Source: Chloroflexota bacterium (GTDB lineage Bacteria; Chloroflexota; UBA11872; VXOZ01). Taken from it: 64,000 nt of DNA. The translations under genes were made by a program, and so were the position numbers. Location of the stretch: positions 1,760,001 to 1,824,000 of the forward strand of contig OZ219802.1 in assembly GCA_964291655.2 (NCBI GenBank), given 5' to 3'. Below are positions 48,340 through 58,641 of this stretch, piece by piece (within the stretch, counting starts at the first letter, position 1; each line of letters starts with the position of its first letter). The notes beneath the pieces are model-generated. The model had not been told where the DNA came from. It searched no databases and saw nothing but the letters and a program-made list of their open reading frames with translations.

Positions 48340-49362
48340 ATGGTTGACCCAGAAAGTCTCAACACGGCCAATACAACTGATGAATGGGCACGGGCGTGTG
48401 CGCTGGTGCTGGAAGCGCAGCGCATTGTCCTCACGACGCACGCCGGTCCCGATGGTGACGGCATTGGCTGCCTGGTCGGCCTCTCCATCTCGTTGCGCAC
48501 GATGGGCAAGACAGTGGCGATGGTGAGCGCGGATCCGGTGCCGCAAGACCTCGCGTTCTTACCGCACGCAGACCGGATTCAGGTCGTTCACAATCTCGAA
48601 ACGCTCCCCTTTGCGCCCGATCTCATCATCGTTTGCGATTCTGCCAGCCTGGCGCGTCTTGGCGCAGTGTACACCGAAAGCCTATCCTGCTTTGCAAGGC
48701 TACCAATTCTCAATCTCGACCATCACCAAACAAATACGCGGTTCGGCCGAGTCAACCTCGTGGATACTACCGCAGCCGCAACGGTAGAGATTGCGCACGA
48801 ATTACTGGAGCGACTGCACGTGGAACCCACGCAGGAAGCCGCCACGGCGCTGATGACGGGCCTCGTTACCGACACGTTGGGGTTCCGTACCGACAGCGTT
48901 ACGCCGCGGACGCTTGGCTTGGCGGCACACCTGCTGGAACACGGCGCGCCGCTGGAAGAGATCAATCATCGTGTCTTCCACACCACGCGCTATGAGAAAC
49001 TGAAACTCTGGGGGTACGGCCTTTCCAACCTGCAGCGCACTGAAGACGGGCGTATCGTCTGGGTGCAACTCCCGCGTGAAGTGCGCATGGAATTGGGAGC
49101 CAAGGAGACCGACTTGATGGGTCTGGCCTCCCTCGTCGAGGGTATCGAGGGCGCGGATATTGCCATCGTCGCTTGGGACAAGAGGAAGGACCCACTACGT
49201 ACGGGTATTTCCCTGCGGTCGCGCACCGTGAACGTTGCCGCTATTGCGCAGACGCTGGGCGGCGGCGGTCATGCCGGCGCTGCCGGTGCGTTGCTTTCCG
49301 AACCGCTGGCAACGGGACTAAGCAAAGCGGTAGCGGCGGCTAAGGCGCACCTCGACTCATAG
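48340..49362 (+). CDS. nrnA: DHH/DHHA1 phosphoesterase (NrnA-like oligoribonuclease)
   Basis: THAGPDGDGIG, NLDHH, GLVTDT, SLRS, GGGGH; position after rbfA. Confidence 0.88.
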   Translation: MVDPESLNTANTTDEWARACALVLEAQRIVLTTHAGPDGDGIGCLVGLSISLRTMGKTVAMVSADPVPQDLAFLPHADRIQVVHNLETLPFAPDLIIVCDSASLARLGAVYTESLSCFARLPILNLDHHQTNTRFGRVNLVDTTAAATVEIAHELLERLHVEPTQEAATALMTGLVTDTLGFRTDSVTPRTLGLAAHLLEHGAPLEEINHRVFHTTRYEKLKLWGYGLSNLQRTEDGRIVWVQLPREVRMELGAKETDLMGLASLVEGIEGADIAIVAWDKRKDPLRTGISLRSRTVNVAAIAQTLGGGGHAGAAGALLSEPLATGLSKAVAAAKAHLDS

Positions 49363-49404
49363 GTTCAACGTATTCGCTGACCTGCTTGGGACAAACTCTG
49401 CATC

Positions 49405-50298
49405 GTGCGTCACGGCTTTCTCAACATCGCAAAGCCTCCTGCCTGTACCTCCCACGACGTTGTAAACGCCGTGCGCCGCCTCGTGGGCCAGCGGCGCGTT
49501 GGTCACGCCGGTACCCTGGACCCACTTGCAACAGGTGTCCTGGTACTCGGCATCGGGCACGGCACGCGTCTCATCGAATACCTCGCGGCCACGCGCAAGA
49601 CGTACCGTGCCGGTATTGTGCTTGGCCGGACGACGACGACTGACGACAGCGCGGGCGAACTGCTGAGTGAACGGCCGGTAGACGTGGACACGGCAGCCGT
49701 GCCTGCCGCTCTACCGCAGTTTACCGGCACAATCGAACAAGTGCCTCCTGCATTCGCTGCCATCCACGTGCAGGGCACGCGCGCTTACGTACGGGCGCGG
49801 CGAGGTGAGACGGTGTCGTTGGAACCGCGGCAGGTGACGATTCATCGCCTTGAAATTCTGGACTTGCAACTCCCACGGCTCAGCCTCGAGGTGGAATGCT
49901 CCACCGGCACCTATATTCGCGCCCTGGCGCGCGACCTGGGCGAGACCCTCGGCTGCGGCGCCCACTTGGAATCTCTCACCCGTACGCAGGTAGGCGCCTT
50001 TTCGCTGCAGGATGCTATTCCTCTCGGCCAACTCGCGGACCGTGCGGCAGACCGGGGCTGGGACGAACTGCTGCTGCCTTTGGACTGGCCGTTGCGTCAC
50101 TGGACCGCTCGCCACTTGAGCGATGAAGAGGCGTCACAGGTGCTAAACGGTGGTCGCGTGACAGCGGATGGCACAGCTTGCTCAGGACAATGCGCGCGCG
50201 CCTACGACCCACAGGGACGCTTGATCGCGGTAATGCAAGCGGTGGATTTGCCGACACCACTCTGGCAGCCGGTGAAAGTGTTTCGCTATAATCCATGA
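49405..50298 (+). CDS. truB: tRNA pseudouridine(55) synthase
   Basis: TSHDVV, VGHAGTLDPLATGVL, QVPP, CSTGTYIRALARDLG. Confidence 0.97.
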   Translation: MRHGFLNIAKPPACTSHDVVNAVRRLVGQRRVGHAGTLDPLATGVLVLGIGHGTRLIEYLAATRKTYRAGIVLGRTTTTDDSAGELLSERPVDVDTAAVPAALPQFTGTIEQVPPAFAAIHVQGTRAYVRARRGETVSLEPRQVTIHRLEILDLQLPRLSLEVECSTGTYIRALARDLGETLGCGAHLESLTRTQVGAFSLQDAIPLGQLADRAADRGWDELLLPLDWPLRHWTARHLSDEEASQVLNGGRVTADGTACSGQCARAYDPQGRLIAVMQAVDLPTPLWQPVKVFRYNP

Positions 50299-50594
50299 TG
50301 GTGCACGTAGTGACGGCTAATGCGCCAACACGTTTGCTTTGCTGAGCGAGAGCGACGGTAGCACAGGGCACAGAGGCGGGGGACAAGCCCCCGCGCTACA
50401 TTGGGAACGGCGGTGTGCTGGCACGACACGAGGACATGAGCGTCGCTGCCATTCATCCGGTAGCGCAGGTTTGCAACCTGCGCCGTATCAAAGTGTTGTC
50501 GGAGTATCGCGCCAGTCCGATTACGCCTCAAGACAACGAGGTTGAACCATTAGTCGTGCGATTTTTCAGGCAGGCGCAAGGATAGGCAATCGCA

Positions 50595-51554
50595 GTGCAG
50601 GTGTATTTCAGGGACCCTGAGTCACTTGTTCCAGACCGTCCCACTGTGCTCACTATCGGTAAATTCGACGGCATTCACCGGGGACACCGGCACGTGCTGG
50701 AGGCAGTAGCGACGCGGGCGCGCGCCAATAGCTGGCAATCCGCCGTTATCATCCTCTGGCCGCCGCCGCCGGAAGTCCTGCGACCCGGCGCTCAAATTCC
50801 TCGCCTCTCTACACTGGCCGACCGAGAGTCAGCCATTGCCGCCAGCGGCATCGATCTCTTTATCCTCTGGCCGTTCACACTGGAGCTCTCTCGGCTCTCG
50901 CCGCGCGAATTCATGCAGGTCTTGCGCGACCGTCTCGATCTTCGGGTGCTCGTCATAGGCAGCGACTTTGCCCTCGGCCACCAGCGCAGCGGCACGCCCG
51001 ACGTGCTGCGGGACTTGGGAGATGAAATGGGCTTTGAGGTAGTTGTTTCGCCGCCCTATGTGCATGAGGGACAGGTCGTCAGTAGTTCCCGGATACGCGA
51101 GCACCTGTCCGTTGGTGACGTGGGGCAGGCGGCGCGTCTCCTCGGACGCTGGCCGACGCTCACCGGTACCGTGGCGCGGGGCGCCGGACGGGGCAGACTC
51201 TTGGGCTTCCCTACAGCCAACCTTCACCTGACCGAGCCGCTCGCCGTGCCCGCCCACGGAATCTATGCTACCTTCGCGGCACTCGCGCCCACCGGCGGCG
51301 CTCCTGCGTACCCGGCAGTCACCAGCATCGGTGTGCGCCCTACCTTCGACGACACAGACGAACGGACCATCGAGACCTTCCTCCTGGACTACACCGGCGA
51401 CCTCTACGACCAGATGCTCCGGCTGCACTTTGTGGAGAAGCTCCGGGACGAACTGAAGTTTTCATCTGTGGAGGCCCTGATCGAGCAGATGGAACGGGAC
51501 GTGGCCCACGCCGCCGCGGTGCTCGCCCAACATGCGCTGCCAGGACTGACTTGA
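50595..51554 (+). CDS. ribF: bifunctional riboflavin kinase/FAD synthetase
   Basis: IGKFDGIHRGH, VSSSRIR, GRLLGFPTAN, GVRPTF, LRDELKF. Confidence 0.96.
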   Translation: MQVYFRDPESLVPDRPTVLTIGKFDGIHRGHRHVLEAVATRARANSWQSAVIILWPPPPEVLRPGAQIPRLSTLADRESAIAASGIDLFILWPFTLELSRLSPREFMQVLRDRLDLRVLVIGSDFALGHQRSGTPDVLRDLGDEMGFEVVVSPPYVHEGQVVSSSRIREHLSVGDVGQAARLLGRWPTLTGTVARGAGRGRLLGFPTANLHLTEPLAVPAHGIYATFAALAPTGGAPAYPAVTSIGVRPTFDDTDERTIETFLLDYTGDLYDQMLRLHFVEKLRDELKFSSVEALIEQMERDVAHAAAVLAQHALPGLT

Positions 51555-51750
51555 GTCCAGACGAGACTGCGCCGACATCTTCTGTCATTCCTGTACGTGT
51601 TGAGTAATTCGATGACAGAATCCGCTTTCCCGTAGAGAGCGCTACAAGGACTTGCCAATCCAAGCGTAGCGTCGCGCAATGTTCGCTAACTTTGTCGCAG
51701 ACGCGGAATCTAGGGTCCCTGCTCAACGCACCTTAACGGCTACAGCACTC

Positions 51751-51877
51751 TAGATTCCTCACTCCGTTCGGAATGACATGAATTCAGCTAACCGCAGAGT
51801 CCTGCTCCCAAGATTCTTCTTCCAAGTCTGTCAATGAATTACCTGGCATCTACAATTCCGAACGGAGTGAGGAATCT
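51751..51877. repeat. inverted pair of REP-like ATTCCGAACGGAGTGAGGAATCT elements
   Basis: AGATTCCTCACTCCGTTCGGAAT and its reverse complement about 80 bp apart. Confidence 0.7.
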
Positions 51878-52055
51878 CAGCAGTCCGCTCTAACGAGCGC
51901 CGTCGTTCTGCCGCAGTAGTGCGCAAGCCTTAGTGCCGAGTGCTACAGAGTGGCGCACTGCCCATGTGCGAACGTGCACACCATCGTGGACAAGGCACCA
52001 AGGAGATCTTGCATCATGCAGCGCCTCGCATAGCAGATGTGCAACCGCCCACACT

Positions 52056-53993
52056 CTACTCCGGCTCTGTGCCGGGAGACTGCCCTGGGGCTTCAAAGCC
52101 GGGCATTCTCCCGCCGCCCGGTCGGCGGCGGCCAAACGGCGGCATAGGACCACCGGACTCGGCTTCAGGCGCGGATGGCGGCTCCGGCTCGGTGCGGAAC
52201 TGGATGCTGTGCAGCTTGGCGTAGAGGCCGCCCTGCGCCAGCAATTCCTCGTGTGTGCCGGACTCGGCGGCGCGGCCCTCCGCGAGCACCAGGATGCGAT
52301 CGGCGGCGCGGACGGTAGAGAGGCGGTGCGCGATAACGAAGCTTGTCCGCCCCTGGCGCAACGTGTTCAGTGCCTGCTGGATGAGCTCTTCAGACTGGGA
52401 ATCGAGCGAGGACGTGGCTTCATCCAGGATGATAATGCGCGGGTTCTTCAGGAAGACGCGGGCGATAGCCACGCGCTGCTTCTCACCGCCGGAGAGCCGG
52501 AAACCCCGCTCGCCGACCACGGTCTCGTACTTTTCGGGTAAGCCCTCGATGAAGTCGTGAATTTGCGCCGCCTTGGCAGCCTCTACGACGTCAGCTTCCG
52601 TCGCTTCCGGGTTGGCGTAGAGCAGGTTCTCCCGCAGCGACGTATGGAACAGGAACGGCTCCTGGGTCACCACGCCCACGTGCCGCATGAGCGACAAGTA
52701 TTGCAGGTCGCGCAGGTCATAGTCGTCCAGCCGCACCTGACCGTTCACCGGATCGTAGAGCCGGGGGATGAGATACGTCAGCGTGGTCTTGCCGGCGCCG
52801 CTGGGGCCGACCAGGGCGATCATCTCGCCTGGTTCGGCCGTAAACGTAATGCCTTGTAGCGCCCACGCCGCTTCGTCGTTGTAGCGGAACCAGACATCGT
52901 CAAAGGAAATACGCCCCTGTACACTGGCGACCTCCCGCGCATCCGGCGTATCGAAGATCTCCGGCTCCATGTCCAGGTAGCCGAAGATGCGGTCGAACAA
53001 CGCCATGGCGCCCTGCACGTCCACGTACACGTTTGCCAGTTGTGACGACGGCCCGTAGAGATTCCGCAGAAACGCGACAAAGGCGACAATGGTGCCAAGG
53101 GTTAGTTCATCTTGCATCACCTGGCGGCCGCCGAACCAGTAGATGGCAGCGGGGCCGATGGAGGCGAACAGGCCCAGGAACATGAAGAACCAGCGGCCCA
53201 CCATGGCCTGCTTGATGTTGAGGCGCAGCAGGTCCCGGCCGATGCCGCGAAAACGCGAGTCCGCGCGCTGTTCGCCGGAGAACGTGCGCATGAGCAGGTA
53301 GCCGCTGATATTCATCATCTCGTGCAAGAAGGCGCTGAGATCGGCTTGCTTCTCTTGGGTCTCGCGGGAGACCTGACGCCGGTAGCGCCCCACGCGCCGC
53401 GTCGGCAGCACAAATGCCGGTGTGACGATGAGGGCGATTATCGCTAATTGCCAGTTCATAAGAAAGAGCACGACGACCGTAAACAGCACCGTAAAAATGT
53501 TCGTGATGATTGAGATGATGGTGCCGGCAATTACGCTCTGCACGCCGGCGACGTCGTTATTGATGCGGGAGATGATCTCGCCGCTGCGAGTCTTCGTGAA
53601 GAAGCGCAGCGACATGCGCTGCATGTGCCGGAAGAGCTGCTTGCGCAGGTCGTAGACAATGCGCTGGCCGACCAAGGCGTTTAGGTAGCTCTGCAGCACA
53701 CTAATCAGGCCGGAGAGGAACGGCAAGGCAACCATGCCGAAGACGAGCAGGTTGAGCAGGCCGAAGTTTTTATCCGGTAGGGCGGTGTCGATAACGCTGC
53801 GTATGAGAAGCGGCGGAATCAAGCCAAGGCCGGTGACGGCCAGCACGCAGATCAGTATCACGATTTCGTGGGGCCAGTACGGCAGCAAGTAACCGAAGAC
53901 GCGGCGCACGCCGGCAGCCGTGAGCGCCACCTTGGGCTGGTCTTCGTCTGATCGGTACGGGCGGTTCATGTGCCACCCGCCGCCATACATCAT
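52056..53993 (-). CDS. ABC exporter, fused permease and ATP-binding (MsbA/MdlB-like)
   Basis: 6-TM domain, GPSGAGKT, LSGGEKQR, LDEATS, IAHRLST. Confidence 0.95.
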   Translation of the reverse strand: MMYGGGWHMNRPYRSDEDQPKVALTAAGVRRVFGYLLPYWPHEIVILICVLAVTGLGLIPPLLIRSVIDTALPDKNFGLLNLLVFGMVALPFLSGLISVLQSYLNALVGQRIVYDLRKQLFRHMQRMSLRFFTKTRSGEIISRINNDVAGVQSVIAGTIISIITNIFTVLFTVVVLFLMNWQLAIIALIVTPAFVLPTRRVGRYRRQVSRETQEKQADLSAFLHEMMNISGYLLMRTFSGEQRADSRFRGIGRDLLRLNIKQAMVGRWFFMFLGLFASIGPAAIYWFGGRQVMQDELTLGTIVAFVAFLRNLYGPSSQLANVYVDVQGAMALFDRIFGYLDMEPEIFDTPDAREVASVQGRISFDDVWFRYNDEAAWALQGITFTAEPGEMIALVGPSGAGKTTLTYLIPRLYDPVNGQVRLDDYDLRDLQYLSLMRHVGVVTQEPFLFHTSLRENLLYANPEATEADVVEAAKAAQIHDFIEGLPEKYETVVGERGFRLSGGEKQRVAIARVFLKNPRIIILDEATSSLDSQSEELIQQALNTLRQGRTSFVIAHRLSTVRAADRILVLAEGRAAESGTHEELLAQGGLYAKLHSIQFRTEPEPPSAPEAESGGPMPPFGRRRPGGGRMPGFEAPGQSPGTEPE

Positions 53994-54095
53994 GCGCGCC
54001 GCTCCGTATTGGTTACGTGCCTACGTCTTGCCATGTGCAGTCTCAAGCTTCTCGCCAACGGCAGCCTGGGTAGCCGCACAATCCACGTCCTCCGA

Positions 54096-54204
54096 TAGCG
54101 CAGGTCTGCAACCTGCAACGACAAAACCATTCATCCGGTAGCGCAGGTTTATAACCTGCAACGACAATTCCCAATCCCCCGGTAGCGCAGGTTTGTAACC
54201 TGCG
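54096..54204. repeat. three tandem REP-like GTAGCGCAGGTTTGTAACCTGC hairpins
   Basis: About 43-bp spacing; same family near 1752 and 50460. Confidence 0.75.
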
Positions 54205-54611
54205 TCCCATCCGGTTGTTACGTGACCTGAAAGGCCCGCAGCCACACCTACCTAGCAGCGCATGACTACCCGTGCACCCGGCTTGGATTCGCGCAGACTC
54301 CTATGGCCGCGCAAACTCGCAATCCTCTCCGTAATCCAACTGAGCGGACGAGCAACCATGCAAGCGCCTGCTACGTCTATATTAACCATTACGTGAATGT
54401 TGCACAATGATAATGCAGAGGTAAGGAGCAAGGAATGCATGGCAGCGCCGCGCCAAGCGATATGGGACAACACGGCAGAGCCAGGGGAGAATAATAGAGA
54501 AGACGGTCACCCCGTCGCCGCTGAATCCGGCGGATGCCGGAGCCGGGAATGCGGTGGAACTGAATTGCGGCGCTCAGCGTGCAGGGACTGGCACTCTCCC
54601 GCATTAACGGC

Positions 54612-54640
54612 GTAGGGGCACGATATATCGTGCCCCTACG
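54612..54640. repeat. REP-like palindrome GTAGGGGCACG-nnnnnn-CGTGCCCCTAC
   Basis: Also near 19251, 26079 and 33895. Confidence 0.75.
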
Positions 54641-54670
54641 CCATCAATCGTCATTGGGGGAAGAGACGGC

Positions 54671-54928
54671 TTATGGGTGTTCTTCTTTGCTCGCTTCCCC
54701 GCGCCTGAGCATGTCTCGCAAGCCCTCGAACAACCCTTCCAGGCGGGCCACACGCTGCTCAAGATTGGAAACGCGAATGCCCAGTTCGTGTACGCGCGTA
54801 CTTATTTCGCGTATTTCCGCGCGGAGCTCGTTGCGCAGGTTATTCTGTCCATGCGTAACGAACGTGGCAACCGCAATGGCTGCCAGCACGACGGTGGCGA
54901 TTGTGGCCCAGAACTCGTAGTTTTCCAT
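54671..54928 (-). CDS. small protein, N-terminal TM plus coiled coil
   Basis: GAGGAG RBS; TM then LRAEIREISTRVHELGIRVSNLEQRVARLEG. Confidence 0.65.
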   Translation of the reverse strand: MENYEFWATIATVVLAAIAVATFVTHGQNNLRNELRAEIREISTRVHELGIRVSNLEQRVARLEGLFEGLRDMLRRGEASKEEHP

Positions 54929-54973
54929 TTGCTACTCCTCATGCAAATGGTACCACAACAATGCCGGAAACGG

Positions 54974-55336
54974 TCAGAAAATGTCGCTGATCTTCTTGCC
55001 GGAGTAGAAGACGTTGATGACGACGTTCGCTGCCCAGACGAGGCCAACTCCCAGAATTCCCGCACCGTAATCAAGCACGATCCCAGTCGCCGGAATTGCG
55101 AAGACGAGCGAGCTAATGGGGACGGCGGGCGACACGCTTTTCGGTTTGACGTCCTGCAGCCGCGCTTCCACGCGGCGGTCTATCACGCCGTCGAGTCGCT
55201 CAATGAGCATGTCGGTCAGTTCCTCGTTGTATTCCGCGCCGAGTTCCTGCCGCGCCGAGAGGATAGCGTCCAGTTCCTCCCGGGTGCCGTCCGCTTTTTT
55301 GCGCTCATCTTTGTTGTGCCCTGCACTGCTGCTCAT
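54974..55336 (-). CDS. hypothetical 2-TM membrane protein, paralogue 1
   Basis: REELDAILSARQELGAEYNEEL..ERLDGVIDRRVEARL plus two C-terminal TMs. Confidence 0.7.
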   Translation of the reverse strand: MSSSAGHNKDERKKADGTREELDAILSARQELGAEYNEELTDMLIERLDGVIDRRVEARLQDVKPKSVSPAVPISSLVFAIPATGIVLDYGAGILGVGLVWAANVVINVFYSGKKISDIF

Positions 55337-55465
55337 GCTCTCTGTCCCATTTGTTCGCTGCCAAAGTGCTCGCTATGGCACGCTCTATGTTTAATTTTCC
55401 AACTGCCCAACTTACAGACGTGACACGGAAGTAGCTTGGGGAAAGCCGCGCTTGTGCCGGAAACG

Positions 55466-55828
55466 CTAGAAGATATCGCCAAGCTTCTTACCTGAATATA
55501 GAACATTGACAATGATCAACGCGGCCCAGACGATGAGAACTCCCCTAATGCCAAGCATAGCGGCCGCAATCGCGGTCAAGGGAATTGCAAGAGCAAGAGT
55601 CGTAATCGGCACGGCCGGTGAAAGAGAACTCTTTGGGGATTTATCCAGACGCGCTTCCACGCGGCGGTCGATCACGTCGTCCAGCCGCTCCATCAGCATG
55701 TCCGCCAGTTCTTCGTTGTACTCGGTGCCGAGTTCTTGCCGCGCGGAAAGGATGGCGTCCAATTCCTCGCGGGTGCTCTTAGCCTCTTTGCGTTCTTTCT
55801 TGTCCTTGTCTTTCCCGCTCTTGCTCAT
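55466..55828 (-). CDS. hypothetical 2-TM membrane protein, paralogue 2
   Basis: Start MSKSGK; near-identical helical core and YSGKK..DIF tail. Confidence 0.7.
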   Translation of the reverse strand: MSKSGKDKDKKERKEAKSTREELDAILSARQELGTEYNEELADMLMERLDDVIDRRVEARLDKSPKSSLSPAVPITTLALAIPLTAIAAAMLGIRGVLIVWAALIIVNVLYSGKKLGDIF

Positions 55829-55992
55829 GGTCTGCTTCCCTCTGGCCTGGACTAATCGTTTTCGTTTTGGCAGGCATCCCGCCAATTGCCAATCGCGGTA
55901 AGCCCTGAATTTCTGTCGGCGCGGACGAGTGCTCGCAGTATTAGTTGCCCTGCCGTCGTGCCGGCGCACCGATGCGTCCGGCAGTGTCAGCC

Positions 55993-56352
55993 CTAGTCTC
56001 GTCTGTTTACGGCCCAGATAACGTTGAGTATGATTATGGCGATCCAGGGAGAAAAAATTACAAAGGAGGATGCAAAAGGACCCACAATGGCGCCAGCTAT
56101 GGCCATGGCCGGCAGACCGGCAATGAGTGACAGGACCGGCAGGACCAAGGGCGACGCGCTGCCCTTGCGGTTCTGGATACGGGCCTCGATGCGTTGGTCG
56201 ATGGTGGCGTGCAAACGCTCGACAAACGAGTCGGCCAGTTCGGTGCCGAAACGCTCACCCAGCTCCTGATGCGCGGCAACCATGGCCTGCACCTCTCGCC
56301 GTAACTGCGCATCGCTCGGTGGCTCCTGCTTTTCCGACTCTACCGCAGCCAT
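55993..56352 (-). CDS. hypothetical 2-TM membrane protein, paralogue 3 (diverged)
   Basis: AAHQELGERFGTELADSFVERL..IDQRIEARI plus two TMs. Confidence 0.65.
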   Translation of the reverse strand: MAAVESEKQEPPSDAQLRREVQAMVAAHQELGERFGTELADSFVERLHATIDQRIEARIQNRKGSASPLVLPVLSLIAGLPAMAIAGAIVGPFASSFVIFSPWIAIIILNVIWAVNRRD

Positions 56353-56546
56353 AGACCACCCTTCGAAATCTTTAACTATATTCGCCCATTTGTCTAGATT
56401 TCAGACGTTGTAACTTGAAATGTTAGAAGAGTATTGCAAGCCTCTTAAGTTAAGGGATATACCACACACCGTCGGACAGTGCAACTTATCTGGCGGCGCT
56501 CCGCGAAGGTTTACGCAACAAAGTGCTCGCACACCTTCGCGCGGGG

Positions 56547-56621
56547 ATTGAGCAAATTGCGAAGACTGCGCAAATTGCGAAAACTGCGTAATGTGCGAAA
56601 ACTGCGCAGAATGCGAAGACT
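56547..56621. repeat. 9-bp tandem repeat, about 8 units
   Basis: attgagcaa attgcgaag actgcgcaa attgcgaaa actgcgtaa tgtgcgaaa actgcgcag aatgcgaag. Confidence 0.8.
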
Positions 56622-57627
56622 AGAGCTTTACAACGCTGCCGGTGCGGCTGGCCTCGTAGGCGGCCAGAATGATGCGCAGGTTCATCAGGCCGTCCGCAGC
56701 GGTGGTCGGCACGGGGCCTTTGCCGTCCAGGGCATCACAGTACTCAGTAAGTATGGAGGTAAACCCGTCGGCGCCTGATTGTAAAGGCTTGGGATACTCA
56801 CAGTGGTCTCCCTTCCAAAGCTCGATGGGGTGTTCCGCATTGCCCCTGAGCAGGATCGACCCCTCTGATCCCTGCACTTCGCGGGCCGGCATGCTTCGGT
56901 CCGCGCCCCAGCCGTTCTGGATGGAGGTGATTGCGCCGCTTTCGTGACGCAGCAATGCCAGGGCGGTGTCTTCCACTGAGAAATCGCGGGCAAAGGTGCC
57001 CACCGCGCCAAATACCTCTTTGACCTCGGACTGCAGCACGTACCGCGCCAGATAGATACTGTGATAGCCGTTGTCGAGCAAGGCGCCGCCCCCGCCGCGA
57101 CCGGCATCGGCCCGCCAGCTAGGATCATACGCCGCCGTGCCCAGATAGTGATAGTCGCCGAAACCCTCGTACCGCACCAGGTAGGGCGTGCCGATGGCGC
57201 CTGCGTGCACCAACTCCACGACCCGGGCGGGTACACTCTGGCGGGAATAGTTGTGGATGAGTGAGAAGACGATGCCGGCCTTTTCGATGGCGGCGATCAT
57301 TTCCAAAGCCTCGTCCTCGCGCGCGGCGATGGGCTTCTCCAGCAGGATGTTGTGTCCCGCCTCAGCCGCGGCTAGCGTGGCCGGATGGTGCAGGTGGTGG
57401 GGCAGGCAAATATCCACGAAATCCAGATCGTCACGGCCGAGTAATTCATGATAGTCGTCGTAGCGCGATTCGGCTGGAATTTGGAATTGCTCGCCCAGCA
57501 GGTCGCGCCGCTCCACGGCCGGGTCCGCCACCGCGACGACGCTGAGACGGTCCGCCAGTGCTGTATAGGCGCTTTGGTGCCCTCTGGCGGCAATTTGGCC
57601 GCAGCCGATGATGCCAACACGTTTCAT
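56620..57627 (-). CDS. Gfo/Idh/MocA family oxidoreductase
   Basis: VGIIGCG, PHHLH, LEKPIA, GGGALLDNGYH. Confidence 0.92.
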   Translation of the reverse strand: MKRVGIIGCGQIAARGHQSAYTALADRLSVVAVADPAVERRDLLGEQFQIPAESRYDDYHELLGRDDLDFVDICLPHHLHHPATLAAAEAGHNILLEKPIAAREDEALEMIAAIEKAGIVFSLIHNYSRQSVPARVVELVHAGAIGTPYLVRYEGFGDYHYLGTAAYDPSWRADAGRGGGGALLDNGYHSIYLARYVLQSEVKEVFGAVGTFARDFSVEDTALALLRHESGAITSIQNGWGADRSMPAREVQGSEGSILLRGNAEHPIELWKGDHCEYPKPLQSGADGFTSILTEYCDALDGKGPVPTTAADGLMNLRIILAAYEASRTGSVVKL

Positions 57628-57792
57628 AGTTTAGGAATCCTTCATGGTGTCCAAGGCCACGACACGAGACCGTAATTCCATCGTAGCAACAGGAGCGCGG
57701 CGGAGTTCCCGTCACCGTTCGTGCTGAGTGGGCTTCGCGAAGCTCTTGTCAAAGCATGATCGGTGACTGTTCGCCACCAGCACATTCTCTTA

Positions 57793-58641
57793 CTACCCCA
57801 CCGGCAGGTTCAACTCCTGTTCGACGAAGGCTTTATTCGTCGCGGCGCTGTCCTTGGGTGTGGAGCGAGAGCGGTCGAGCTCGATCATGAGCCAGCCGGC
57901 GTAACCGCTCTCCTGAAGTTCCTGGACGCAATCTTTCACGTGCACCACGCCGGTGCCGAGTTCCACGAAATCGGGCAGGATAGCGGTTGCCGCATCGGCG
58001 CCCTGGGCCGGCTCGGTCTGCGAATCGGCAAATGCCTGTGGATCCCAATCCTTAAGGTGCACGTACTTCACGCGGTCGGCATAGGCTCGCACTACTGACA
58101 CCTCATCGCCGCCGCCTTTGCGCAGGTGCGCGGTATCGGGGCAGAGGAAGACGTAGCGCGGGTCGGTGTAGTCCATCATGATGTCGATCTCTTCCTCCGT
58201 TTCCACTGTGGTGGCGTAGTGCGGGTGGTAGCAGGCCAGCACGCCGTAGTCCAGGCAGCGGCGGCCGATCTCGTCCATGCAGTGGGCCTGGTTGAGCAGT
58301 TCTTCGTCGGATGGGCCGCCCGGCGCGCGCGAACCGCCGCCCAAGACCAGCCGGTCAGCCCCATGAGCCGCCAGGAATTTGGCAAAGCCCACGTTGCGGG
58401 CAACCATTTCGTCCATGCGGTGGGATTCATTCATAGGGCCGCCGCCATAGACGGTGACAAGCTCTAGACCCCGTTGCGCTATGAGGTCCTGAAACTCGCT
58501 GACCCTACTGCCGTACGTGTCCACCACCGCCGCGAAGGTCTCAAAGCCCTTGAATCCCAGGGCGGCAATCTCGTCCAACGCCAGTTCGAAGCCATCCATG
58601 CCCCACGTGATTGTATGGTATCCGACCCGAATGTCTGCCAT
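57793..58641 (-). CDS. IolE-like sugar phosphate isomerase/dehydratase
   Basis: ITWG, GFKGFE, YHPH, CPDTAH, VHLKD, ELGTG, IELD. Confidence 0.85.
   Translation of the reverse strand: MADIRVGYHTITWGMDGFELALDEIAALGFKGFETFAAVVDTYGSRVSEFQDLIAQRGLELVTVYGGGPMNESHRMDEMVARNVGFAKFLAAHGADRLVLGGGSRAPGGPSDEELLNQAHCMDEIGRRCLDYGVLACYHPHYATTVETEEEIDIMMDYTDPRYVFLCPDTAHLRKGGGDEVSVVRAYADRVKYVHLKDWDPQAFADSQTEPAQGADAATAILPDFVELGTGVVHVKDCVQELQESGYAGWLMIELDRSRSTPKDSAATNKAFVEQELNLPVG

Noticed and set aside
54096-54204. Mini-CRISPR
   Set aside because: The same hairpin occurs singly elsewhere (near 1752, 50460) and the gaps are short and similar, so it is a REP cluster
56479-56778. LRKLRK-repeat peptide ORF
   Set aside because: By-product of the 9-bp repeat; overlaps a real antisense gene
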